The position numbers were made by a program, and so were the translations under genes. This document shows positions 1 through 8,215 of a DNA stretch of 41,662 bases, piece after piece. How positions within the stretch are numbered: the stretch's first letter is position 1; each line of letters starts with the position of its first letter. The stretch is taken from positions 1 through 41,662 of the forward strand of contig WFTM01000246.1 of NCBI GenBank assembly GCA_015485525.1. The letters run 5' to 3'. The stretch comes from Candidatus Zhuqueibacterota bacterium. Lineage in GTDB: Bacteria > Zhuqueibacterota > Zhuqueibacteria > Zhuqueibacterales > Geothermadaptataceae. The notes below the pieces were generated by a model. The model had not been told where the DNA came from. It did not search any database and saw nothing but the letters and a program-made list of their open reading frames with translations.

Positions 1-27
1 AAAAACACCAACTTTTTGGAGGAGCAG

Positions 28-711
28 ATGGAAAAAGGTACAGTACTTTACTTCGGCCCCGAGAGCAAAGATACGGACACCCTTTCGAGCTTGCTGGAAC
101 GCGAAGGTTTTCTGTTGAAGAGTTCGGACGAGATCGATATCGCTCAGGATATGGCCATTCGGGAAAAACCGGTTGCAATTCTTGTCAATATAGATGAGTT
201 TGGCGATGACGGCTGGCTGGTATGTTCGGAGTTGAAGGATGATCTCGCAACGCGTAAAGCAGCTCTGATCCTTCTTTCGGAAGGCGCTGACGAGAATGTC
301 AAAATCAAGGGTCTTGAAAGCGGCGCAGATGATTTTCTGCAAATTCCTTTCAGTCCGCGCGAACTCGTCGCACGAATCAAGGCGATCGCCCGGCGCGTCG
401 CCATGTTCGACAACAAGAAAATTCGTGTAAAAGACATTGAGATTGACCTGGACGAGCATCGCGTCCGCAAGGCCGGCAAGCCCATCGACCTGACGTATAT
501 TCAGTTCAAATTACTCTATCTGCTCGCATCCCGTCGCAACAACGTTTTCAGCAGAAAAGAGATTCTCGAAAAAGTTTGGGGCAAAAAAGTTTATGTTACC
601 AACAGAACGGTCGATGTACATATCAAACGCCTGCGTGAAAAATTGGGCGAGTACAAATATCCGTCCCAGTATATCGAGACGATCCACGGTACAGGTTACC
701 GTTTTCTCTAA
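28..711 (+). CDS. OmpR/PhoB-family response regulator (receiver + winged-helix) with a degenerate receiver active site
   Basis: ORF 16..711. SD GGAGGAG at 18-24 favours the ATG at 28 over the TTG at 16. CheY-like N-terminus (AILVNIDEFGDDGW, GADDFLQIPFSPRELVARIKA). C-terminal winged helix (NRTVDVHIKRLREKL...IETIHGTGYRF). Confidence 0.85.
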   Translation: MEKGTVLYFGPESKDTDTLSSLLEREGFLLKSSDEIDIAQDMAIREKPVAILVNIDEFGDDGWLVCSELKDDLATRKAALILLSEGADENVKIKGLESGADDFLQIPFSPRELVARIKAIARRVAMFDNKKIRVKDIEIDLDEHRVRKAGKPIDLTYIQFKLLYLLASRRNNVFSRKEILEKVWGKKVYVTNRTVDVHIKRLREKLGEYKYPSQYIETIHGTGYRFL

Positions 712-745
712 ACAATAGATTGAAAGATTTCGTTTTCCTCCCTCC

Positions 746-778
746 GGGCCCCTGGCGCAAGCTGGGGGCTTTTTTTTT
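746..778 (+). terminator. Candidate intrinsic terminator after the response regulator
   Basis: GCCCC (748-752) pairs with GGGGC (765-769) around an 11-nt loop, followed by a T9 run (770-778), 35 nt after the stop codon. Confidence 0.5.
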
Positions 779-1006
779 GCTCTTCTTCACATCGGGTGGT
801 CAATCGGGGTTTGCCATGCCTGAGGGCAATGGGGGCCAGTGGCAGTTGTGGGGCGATACACATGCAGGGTGACGATCTCCCGGACCAGGCGCGAAATGTT
901 GCAGTACACACCAACCTCAGGATAAAACGTTTATCGTGCCAGCTATTCGCCACTTTCACCCGGCGTGTTCCGGCGGGATGCGATTCATCCGGTATCCGGG
1001 TATTCC

Positions 1007-2791
1007 TCAGCCTGTTCTCACCTCCTGGCCGATGAACTGCAGCTCATAAAGCCTGGCATATAATCCATTCAGCCGGAGCAGCTCGCTGTGCGAGCCAATT
1101 TCTCTGATCTCACCTTTGTGCAGAACAACGATTTTATCAGCGTTTTGTATCGTGGAAAGCCGGTGCGCGATGATGATCGAAGTGCGGTTTTCGATCAGTT
1201 TTTCCATCGCCTTTTGAATCAAAATTTCCGATTCCGTATCGATGCTCGAAGTGGCTTCATCGAGGATGAGGATGCTCGGGTTGAACGCCAGAGCACGTGC
1301 AAAGGAAAGCAGCTGCTTTTGTCCTACAGACAAGGTAGCTCCCCGTTCCTTAACTTCAGTGTCAAATCCGTTGGGTAGCTTTTCGATAAAGTCAAGAGCG
1401 TTGACATAGCGGGCTGCCTCCACGATTTTTTCTCTGGATATCTCCGGGTTGCCGAGGCTGATGTTGTCCGCGATCGTGCCGGCAAAGAGAAAAACATCCT
1501 GCAGAACGATGCCGATTTGCCTGCGCAGGCTTTGCAGCTCATAGTCCTTGATATTGCGCCCGTCGAGAGTGATTACCCCCTTTTGGATGGTATAGAATCG
1601 GGCGATCAGGTTGATGATGGTCGATTTGCCGGCCCCGGTCGCGCCGACAATGGCGACTTTCTCACCTGCGTTGATCTCTAATGAGATATCTTTGAGAATC
1701 CAGTTCTCATCCTGATAGGCGAACCAGACGTTTTCAAAAGTGATTTCTCCCCGGCAGCGGTAGTCAGGGGGCAGGATCAGGCTGCCGCTGTCTTGCTCCG
1801 GCTTTTCATCCAGCAGCGAAAAGACCCGCTCGCTCGCGGCCATGGCTGCCTGGAGAATGTTGAATTTCTCCGAAAGATCACTGATAGGGCGGAAAAACAT
1901 CGTGCTGTACTGCAGAAAAGCAACCAGCCCGCCAAAAGTCAGCTCATTGGCGATGATCTGGCCGCCGCCGTACCAGATGATGATTGCTGTGGACAGAGCA
2001 CCGATGAAACTGACCAGCGGAAAGAAAACAGCAAAATAGAAAATGGTCTTCAGAAAGGCATCGAGATGTGATGCGTTCAGCTTATCGAACTGCTCGAAAT
2101 TTTTTTGCTCCCTGTTGAAAATCTGCACGACAGCCATACCACTGATATTTTCCTGCATGTAGGAGTTGATACGCGCGATGCGCGTGCGGATCATGCGGAA
2201 AACATCGCGGACTTTGCGCTTGAAAATGAACGTGACGATGAACAGTAGCGGCAGAACGACCATGGCTGCCAGAGCGAGCTTCCAGTTCATCGAGAGCATG
2301 AGTATGATGATGCCGGTCAGAATGATGATGTCGCTGAAGATGGCCACCAGCCCGGAGGTAAAGAGCTCATTCAGGCTTTGTACATCGGTCGTAACGCGTG
2401 TGATCAGGCGGCCGACGGGCGTACGGTTATAAAAACTCAGCGGCAGATGCTGCAGGGTACCGAAAATATCCCGGCGCAGAGAAAACATGATCTGCTGGCC
2501 GATCCACTCCATCAGGTACTGGCGGCCGAGATGCACAAAAAAGTTGGTGAGCAAAATGATGGCATAGAGCGCTATGATCCACTTCAACCCACCGATGTTA
2601 CCGGTACTGATATACTCGTCGATGCCGATTTGTGTCAGTCGTGGCTGTATGAGTTGTAAGCCTGCGACCAATAACAGGGCGAGAATTGCCACCACGATCT
2701 GTTTCGTGTATGGGCGCGTGTATTTCAGGAGACGGCGCATCAGCACATGGTCGTAAACCTTGCCGAGAACTTCTTCTTCGTATCCAGACAA
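1007..2791 (-). CDS. ABC exporter permease/ATPase subunit (type I exporter half-transporter, consensus catalytic site)
   Basis: 594 aa. N-terminal 6-TM domain. Walker A GATGAGKST, Walker B ILILDEATSSID with the catalytic Glu present, H-loop AHRLST. The signature motif is non-canonical: LSVGQKQ. Confidence 0.9.
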   Translation of the reverse strand: MSGYEEEVLGKVYDHVLMRRLLKYTRPYTKQIVVAILALLLVAGLQLIQPRLTQIGIDEYISTGNIGGLKWIIALYAIILLTNFFVHLGRQYLMEWIGQQIMFSLRRDIFGTLQHLPLSFYNRTPVGRLITRVTTDVQSLNELFTSGLVAIFSDIIILTGIIILMLSMNWKLALAAMVVLPLLFIVTFIFKRKVRDVFRMIRTRIARINSYMQENISGMAVVQIFNREQKNFEQFDKLNASHLDAFLKTIFYFAVFFPLVSFIGALSTAIIIWYGGGQIIANELTFGGLVAFLQYSTMFFRPISDLSEKFNILQAAMAASERVFSLLDEKPEQDSGSLILPPDYRCRGEITFENVWFAYQDENWILKDISLEINAGEKVAIVGATGAGKSTIINLIARFYTIQKGVITLDGRNIKDYELQSLRRQIGIVLQDVFLFAGTIADNISLGNPEISREKIVEAARYVNALDFIEKLPNGFDTEVKERGATLSVGQKQLLSFARALAFNPSILILDEATSSIDTESEILIQKAMEKLIENRTSIIIAHRLSTIQNADKIVVLHKGEIREIGSHSELLRLNGLYARLYELQFIGQEVRTG

Positions 2792-4564
2792 TTACAGTTC
2801 CTCCAGTGATTCTTCCAGAAGCTGCTTGCGGTGCAGCTCGGCATAGATGCCGTTTGATTCCAAAAGGCTGTGATGTGTGCCGCGTTCCCGTATCTGTCCG
2901 TTTTCCAGAACGATGATTTTGTCCGCGTTCTTAACCGTGCTGATACGGTGGGAAACGATGATGCTGGTCGTGCCGGCCATTTCTTTGCGCAAACGCTTGA
3001 GAATTTCCTCCTCTGTGTATGTGTCCACGGCCGACAGAGCGTCATCGAGCAGGAGAATAGAAGGCTTGCGGATAATGGCACGGCTGATGGCTGTGCGTTG
3101 TTTCTGCCCGCCGGAAAGATTGATGCCGCGCTCTCCGAGCATGGTTTCAAAGCCTTTGTCGAACTCGCTGATGTCATCATATATTCGCGCAACTTTTGCA
3201 ACTTCTTCGAGAGCTCCGTCGCTGCTGTTGCCTGCACCGAAAAGGATGTTTTCCCGGATCGTGTCAGAAAAGAGAAAGGTCTCCTGCGGTACATAGCCGA
3301 TATGGCGGCGCAGAACTTCCAGTGGCAGCCTCCGGATCGGGATGCCGTCGATGAGTATTTCGCCCTCCTGGATATCCAGCAGCCGGGGAATCAAATTAAG
3401 CAGTGTGGATTTGCCGGCTCCCGTATGGCCGACGATGGCCATGGTCTCGCCAGCGCGCAGGGAAAAGGTGATATCCTGCAGGACAGGCGTGTTGTCGTCA
3501 TAGGCAAAAGAAACATTGCGGAATTCAATGTCTCCACGCACACGGGTGATGTCCCGGCGTACGTTCGGGGCGTCTGCGATTTCCGGCGGCGTTTGCAGGA
3601 TTTCATTCAGACGCGCCATGGAGACGATACCCTGCTCAGTCATATTCAGAACCCAGCCAAGGGAGATCATGGGCCAGGACAGCCAGGTTTGCAGCGTAAA
3701 AAAAGCCGTCAGCGTGCCGATGGTCAGTTGGCCTTCCATGACATAGAGACCACCTATCCAGAGCACCAGCAAAACCCCGATGCCGGAGAACAGCCCCGTG
3801 CCTGCCCAGAGCAGTCCGCGAATTTTGGCCATGCTCAGATTCTGACCGATATAGTCTTTGTTGAGCAGGGCAAATCGTTGCTTTTCAAAATCTTCCTGGA
3901 TATAAGATTTGACTACCCGGATACCGGAAATGTTTTCCTGTGTCAGCGTCGTGATGTCAGAATATTTTTCCTGTACAGCGCGGTAAATGCTGTGGATGCG
4001 CCCGATCATTTTATAGACGAAAAAACCGGTGATGGGCAAAGGCAGGAGTGCCCAGAGTGTCAGGCCCGGGGACATATAGAGCATGACGCCGATGGTCCAG
4101 AGCAGCAGCATGGACGTATTGCAGAAGTACATCAGCGCCGGCCCGACCAGGGAGCGCACCGCGTTTAGGTCGTTGGTGGCGCGGGCCATCAGGTCGCCGG
4201 TCGGGTGCTGGTGGAAAAAGCGCAGGGACATGCGCTGCAGATGGCGGAAAAAGTCATTGCGCAGCTCATACTCAACATATCGGGAAACGACGATCAGCGT
4301 CTGGCGCATGGCGTAGAGAAAAATTCCCTCCAGCAGAGCGACAGCGAGGATACCCAGGCTGTACCAGCTGAGTGTCGCCATGTCTGCATGCTTCTCGATA
4401 TGATCGACAGCATTCCTGATCACCAGCGGCATGGCCGCGCCGACCAGGTTGGTCATCATCACAAAAAAAAGGCCTAAAAACAGTTTCTTTTTGTATTTGG
4501 CCAGATAGGGAATGATGGTCTTTATTTGTTCGATTTTTGAAATGTTTCGCGTGTCGTCGGACAA
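2792..4564 (-). CDS. ABC exporter permease/ATPase subunit (half-transporter, degenerate catalytic site)
   Basis: 590 aa. TM domain + NBD. Walker A GHTGAGKST, signature LSGGQKQR, Walker B ILLLDDALSAVD with Asp in place of the catalytic Glu. Its stop directly abuts the start of the downstream partner (2791/2792). Confidence 0.9.
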   Translation of the reverse strand: MSDDTRNISKIEQIKTIIPYLAKYKKKLFLGLFFVMMTNLVGAAMPLVIRNAVDHIEKHADMATLSWYSLGILAVALLEGIFLYAMRQTLIVVSRYVEYELRNDFFRHLQRMSLRFFHQHPTGDLMARATNDLNAVRSLVGPALMYFCNTSMLLLWTIGVMLYMSPGLTLWALLPLPITGFFVYKMIGRIHSIYRAVQEKYSDITTLTQENISGIRVVKSYIQEDFEKQRFALLNKDYIGQNLSMAKIRGLLWAGTGLFSGIGVLLVLWIGGLYVMEGQLTIGTLTAFFTLQTWLSWPMISLGWVLNMTEQGIVSMARLNEILQTPPEIADAPNVRRDITRVRGDIEFRNVSFAYDDNTPVLQDITFSLRAGETMAIVGHTGAGKSTLLNLIPRLLDIQEGEILIDGIPIRRLPLEVLRRHIGYVPQETFLFSDTIRENILFGAGNSSDGALEEVAKVARIYDDISEFDKGFETMLGERGINLSGGQKQRTAISRAIIRKPSILLLDDALSAVDTYTEEEILKRLRKEMAGTTSIIVSHRISTVKNADKIIVLENGQIRERGTHHSLLESNGIYAELHRKQLLEESLEEL

Positions 4565-4628
4565 GCCGGGGCTCCTGTTTTGGTCGTCTCGAAGGATAGT
4601 CTTTCAGTCTGAAAAACGCATGAATTTT

Positions 4629-5360
4629 TCAGTTTGCGGCTTTTTCAGACTTTGCGATGCTCGCTGCAAAGGCGAGTATTTCATCGCGAATGATTTCTTT
4701 GTCAAAATCGAGCGGCAGAATGTGGTAGCTGTTTTCGAGAAGTACGATTTTCTTGTGCTCTGATGCGACGTGTTCGTAGAGATAGCGCGCATTGTCAACC
4801 GGGATGGTATGATCCTGCCTGCTGTGCATGATCAGGATCGGTACGGTAACATGGTTCAGACCGCGGTTGACACGCCTGATCAACTTGAGAAACTCTTTGC
4901 CGGCCCGGCGGGGATAGGCATCATAGCTGCGCATGATTGAGCGTGCTGCGCGGTCGTGGATATCCGGGCCGTCTTTTTTGTACGTCCATTTTTTAAACAG
5001 CGACACGGCGCGGAAAGCCAGCGCTTTCCAGGGTGCCACGCGTACCGGAGTAGCCAGGCAGACCAGCCCTTTGAAATCGTATTTTTGCGCGAGATACAGG
5101 GAGAGCGCTCCACCCATAGACAAACCTGCCACAAAAACCGTTTCATATTCGGCCTGCACTTTTTCAAAAGCCTGCTCGACATCATCCAGCCAATCCTGAT
5201 AACGCACCCAGCTCAGAGCGGCGGGCGTCGTGCCATGCCCGCTCAGCGTGGGAGCATAGGTATCGAAACCTGCCTGACGCAGTTGCTCCTGCATCCAGGA
5301 CCAGCTCGCCGGATGTCCGGTGAAGCCGTGAATCAACAGAAAAACGGGTTTTTTCTTCAT
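4629..5360 (-). CDS. Alpha/beta-hydrolase carboxylesterase / monoacylglycerol-lipase-like protein
   Basis: 243 aa. Oxyanion-hole motif LLIHGFTGHP, nucleophile elbow GLSMGG, C-terminal His in NSYHILP. Lies upstream of, and co-directional with, the ABC pair. Confidence 0.8.
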   Translation of the reverse strand: MKKKPVFLLIHGFTGHPASWSWMQEQLRQAGFDTYAPTLSGHGTTPAALSWVRYQDWLDDVEQAFEKVQAEYETVFVAGLSMGGALSLYLAQKYDFKGLVCLATPVRVAPWKALAFRAVSLFKKWTYKKDGPDIHDRAARSIMRSYDAYPRRAGKEFLKLIRRVNRGLNHVTVPILIMHSRQDHTIPVDNARYLYEHVASEHKKIVLLENSYHILPLDFDKEIIRDEILAFAASIAKSEKAAN

Positions 5361-5874
5361 GCTTGCAATCGATTCGAAGTGTGGGCCTGCGTTCGGCAGG
5401 GGAGCCCGCCGGTTGTCCCGGCTATCAGGTGAAGTTTTACAGTAACCCCCGATTGCCCCCGGGCGCCACGCTGATGTGTGAATAAATCGGGATAAAGACC
5501 TTTAATATAGGTAGGCACAGAGGGTAAAAGCAAGGTCATTATCATCAGTACAATTTTTTGAACCGCAAGGATGCCAGGAAGGCGAGGAAAAACAATATGA
5601 TTTTCAGTATGGGTAACCGGTACGCGTGTGCATCAGACCCGGGCCAGCCCCCCAGCCCATACGACCTGACGAAGAGCCGGCTTCCTTTCTTCTGCTCAAA
5701 GTTAAGTGAGTGGGATAACCTGCCAGCAGGCACTTTAAAAACGGCCAATTATGGGCGCTGCGTGGATGAATTTTTTGCATTGCGTGGAAGGATGTGGAGT
5801 GCTGGGTATGAGCATTTGCGGCAGAAATCGCGGTAACTGATAAATTAAAAAAGAGATACCGTGTAAAAAAATAC

Positions 5875-5903
5875 TTGCGATTGTGGGGAAAATAGGTTAT
5901 CCT
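5875..5903 (+). promoter_or_regulatory. Candidate sigma70-type dcw promoter (Pmra-like)
   Basis: TTGCGA (5875-5880), 17-nt spacer, TATCCT (5898-5903). Sits immediately upstream of the MraZ-box array and of mraZ. Confidence 0.4.
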
Positions 5904-5958
5904 GTGGACAAAAGTGGAATAATTTAACTAAAAAGTGACTAAAAGTGGCTCAAAGTGG
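5880..5958 (+). promoter_or_regulatory. Array of helically phased MraZ-box-like direct repeats (AAAGTGG)
   Basis: GTGG/GTGA cores begin at 5883, 5904, 5914, 5935, 5945 and 5955, giving spacings of 21, 10, 21, 10 and 10 nt. Four boxes read AAAGTG[G/A]. Confidence 0.6.
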
Positions 5959-6457
5959 GATTCCGCACTCATCGGAACGTCTGCGCCGGTTTTACGGCGA
6001 GTACGTTTTTCTCCTCGATGCCAAAGGCCGGGCCAGCATCCCGGCCAAGATGCGCGAGGTGGTGGAGCTTTCCGAGCTCACCAAGATGATGTTGCGTGTG
6101 ATGACCTTTGAGAATTTTACATTCCTGCGCGCTTATCCCATCAACTACTATGATGAGCGCATCCTGAGCAAACTGGAGAATATCGAGGGAGAGACACCGG
6201 CGGAAACATTCCGCATTTGGCGTTTGACAGCCAGTTGCCAGGAAGTCAAGATCGACAAGCAGGGCAGGATGAACATCCCGGGAGAGCTGCTGAAAAAGGT
6301 CGGGATCACCAGGAATATCTGTTTTGTCGGTATGGGCGATTATATCGACATCTGGGAACCGGAAGCGTACAAAGAGTTTTTTCAGGCGCAGATGATGGCA
6401 TATGAAAAGGAACAGGCTGTTCAACAGCGGGCATCGTCCCCGGAGAGTACAACCTGA
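5945..6457 (+). CDS. mraZ: Transcriptional regulator MraZ
   Basis: 170 aa with duplicated SpoVT/AbrB-like halves: FLLDAKGRASIPAKMRE and KIDKQGRMNIPGELLKK. First gene of the dcw cluster. The GTG start is the only canonical in-frame start upstream of the first DxxGR motif. Confidence 0.88.
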   Translation: MAQSGIPHSSERLRRFYGEYVFLLDAKGRASIPAKMREVVELSELTKMMLRVMTFENFTFLRAYPINYYDERILSKLENIEGETPAETFRIWRLTASCQEVKIDKQGRMNIPGELLKKVGITRNICFVGMGDYIDIWEPEAYKEFFQAQMMAYEKEQAVQQRASSPESTT

Positions 6458-6578
6458 GTGGAGTGGCGAGAATTGACACAGAGGTGCCAGTTTCCTACCT
6501 GAAAATCCCACCGGGCTGTGCGAGCAGCCCACATGATGGAGCATATCTGATCGGGTATGTCCAAAAGTAGGTGTTAAT

Positions 6579-7547
6579 TTGGCAAAACAACGGGAACAAC
6601 GATCACCGCAGGAGTACCATGTTCCGGTCATGGTGCAGGAAGTCATCGACTGGCTGGTGACAAATCCTGACGGGATCTACATCGACGCGACACTTGGAGG
6701 TGGTGGACATACAACCGCACTGTTGCAAAAACTTGGGGTCAACGCACGGGTTATCGGCATTGATCGCGATACCGAGGCCATCGATGCGGCCAGCAGGCGG
6801 CTCGCCGGAGAACAGCGTTTTTCAGCCGTGCACGGCCGCTTCAGTGAGATCAGTTCTTTGGCGGATAGATTGGCGACCGGGCCCTGTGATGGCATTTTTG
6901 CTGATCTGGGTGTTTCCTCGCATCAGATCGATACTGCGGGGCGCGGTTTCAGTTTTATGCAGGACGGGCCGCTGGACCTGCGCATGAATCCTGCAGAGGG
7001 CCGGCCGGCATCAGAGCTGGTGATGAACCTTCCGGCAGATGAGCTGGCGTCGATTTTTTATCGATTTGGCGAGGAGCGCTATTCCCGGCGCATCGCCGGA
7101 AAAATCGTTGAAGAGCGGCGCAAGCGTGAGCTGCTGAGCACGGCAGCGCTGGTGCAGGTGATCGAGATGGTGACGCCTCACAAGCAGCGCATCAAAACTC
7201 TGGCGCGGATTTTCCAGGCCCTGCGAATCGCCGTGAACGACGAGCTCGGCGAGCTGGAACGATTTCTTGCAGACGGCTTCAAGCTATTGAAGCCATTTGG
7301 GCGCATGGTTCTTTTGACATACCATTCCCTGGAAGATCGCATTGTCAAACATTTTTTTGTGGACAAAGCGCGTGCCTGTATCTGCCCGCCGGAGGCGCCG
7401 GTCTGTGTCTGTAACCATCATCCCGAAGCACGGATTTTGACGCGGCGGCCTGTGTGCGCTGGGGCTGAGGAAGTTGCACGCAACCCGAGGGCGCGCAGCG
7501 CAAAACTGCGCGCGGCAGAGAAAATCGCGGAAACGGAAATCAGATAA
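6579..7547 (+). CDS. rsmH: 16S rRNA (cytosine1402-N4)-methyltransferase RsmH (MraW)
   Basis: 322 aa. HVPVMVQEV N-terminus, SAM-binding DATLGGGGH, GVSSHQID, SLEDRIVK. TTG start with AGGTG upstream. Confidence 0.92.
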   Translation: MAKQREQRSPQEYHVPVMVQEVIDWLVTNPDGIYIDATLGGGGHTTALLQKLGVNARVIGIDRDTEAIDAASRRLAGEQRFSAVHGRFSEISSLADRLATGPCDGIFADLGVSSHQIDTAGRGFSFMQDGPLDLRMNPAEGRPASELVMNLPADELASIFYRFGEERYSRRIAGKIVEERRKRELLSTAALVQVIEMVTPHKQRIKTLARIFQALRIAVNDELGELERFLADGFKLLKPFGRMVLLTYHSLEDRIVKHFFVDKARACICPPEAPVCVCNHHPEARILTRRPVCAGAEEVARNPRARSAKLRAAEKIAETEIR

Positions 7548-7549
7548 TC

Positions 7550-7906
7550 ATGCCGGCACAAAAGAAAAAAACACAGTCCCGCAAGAGGAAGACCATGGCG
7601 CGCGGACGCAGGAAACGCAGCGCTGAAGCCAAAGTCGGCTTCGGTTTGTTGTGGGTGCCTGTGATGCTGTTCTTCTTGCTGCTCTCCGGGCTGTCGGTTT
7701 TTTACATCTGGGAGCGGATCAAACTGCGCGAAATCAAGCGTGATATCGTCACCCTCGAACGCGCGCGCCGGCAGATTTATGAGGAAAACCAGCAATTGAA
7801 AGCGCAAACCGAACAGCTTGCCAGTTACCGCAGAATTTACAAAATCGCCACTGAGCATTTCGGCTACATCGAACTGAAACCAAAAGTCATCATTTCGCCT
7901 GAGTGA
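7550..7906 (+). CDS. ftsL: FtsL-like cell division protein (basic N-terminus, one TM helix, coiled coil)
   Basis: 118 aa. Lys/Arg-rich N-terminus, TM segment FGLLWVPVMLFFLLLSGLSVFYIW, then a heptad-like region (LERARRQIYEENQQLKAQTEQL). Sits between rsmH and ftsI. Confidence 0.65.
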   Translation: MPAQKKKTQSRKRKTMARGRRKRSAEAKVGFGLLWVPVMLFFLLLSGLSVFYIWERIKLREIKRDIVTLERARRQIYEENQQLKAQTEQLASYRRIYKIATEHFGYIELKPKVIISPE

Positions 7907-7950
7907 GCAGCAACCTGGAGCACACGCCGTTGCCATGATCGGTGCTTACA

Positions 7951-8158
7951 GGGCTGGCCCAAATCCCGATATCTGTCACTCCGGCCAGGCGCTGCGAAGT
8001 GCCGGAATCTCATCTTTTCAGGCACGTGCCAGAGTCCGGGAGATTCCGGTCTTCCCCTGCGGGAAATCGGAATGACAGTTCTGGGGTCGGCACGTGTTGT
8101 TGTCAGGCGGTCTTGTTGAAATGATGCAACCATGCTGAGTTAAGTGGATACCCGGAGG
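7951..8158 (-). repeat. Copy 1 of a ~200-bp hairpin-rich, MITE-like intergenic repeat (inverted relative to copies 2 and 3; one terminal repeat degenerate)
   Basis: The reverse complement aligns with 16258-16401. Shared core: GTCATTCCG(G/A)TTTCCC(C)GCAGGGGAAGACCGGAATCTCCC and GAGATTCCGGCACT..GGCCGGA(A/G)TGAC. The terminal TGCTGAGTTAAGTGGATACCCGGAGG is at 8133-8158. Confidence 0.8.
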
Positions 8159-8215
8159 ATAACCCGGTTAAACAGTGTTCAAGCCTAATTTTTGAATAGA
8201 TGAATCTATCAGTTT

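Noticed and set aside
5361-5874. ORFs 5558..5836 (+) and 5545..5748 (-) in the esterase/mraZ divergent intergenic region; possible tRNA or ncRNA
   Set aside because: Neither ORF has an SD or recognisable motifs, and they overlap each other. I found no tRNA T-loop (GGTTCGAAT-type) or other RNA-family signatures. I treat the region as a divergent promoter region.
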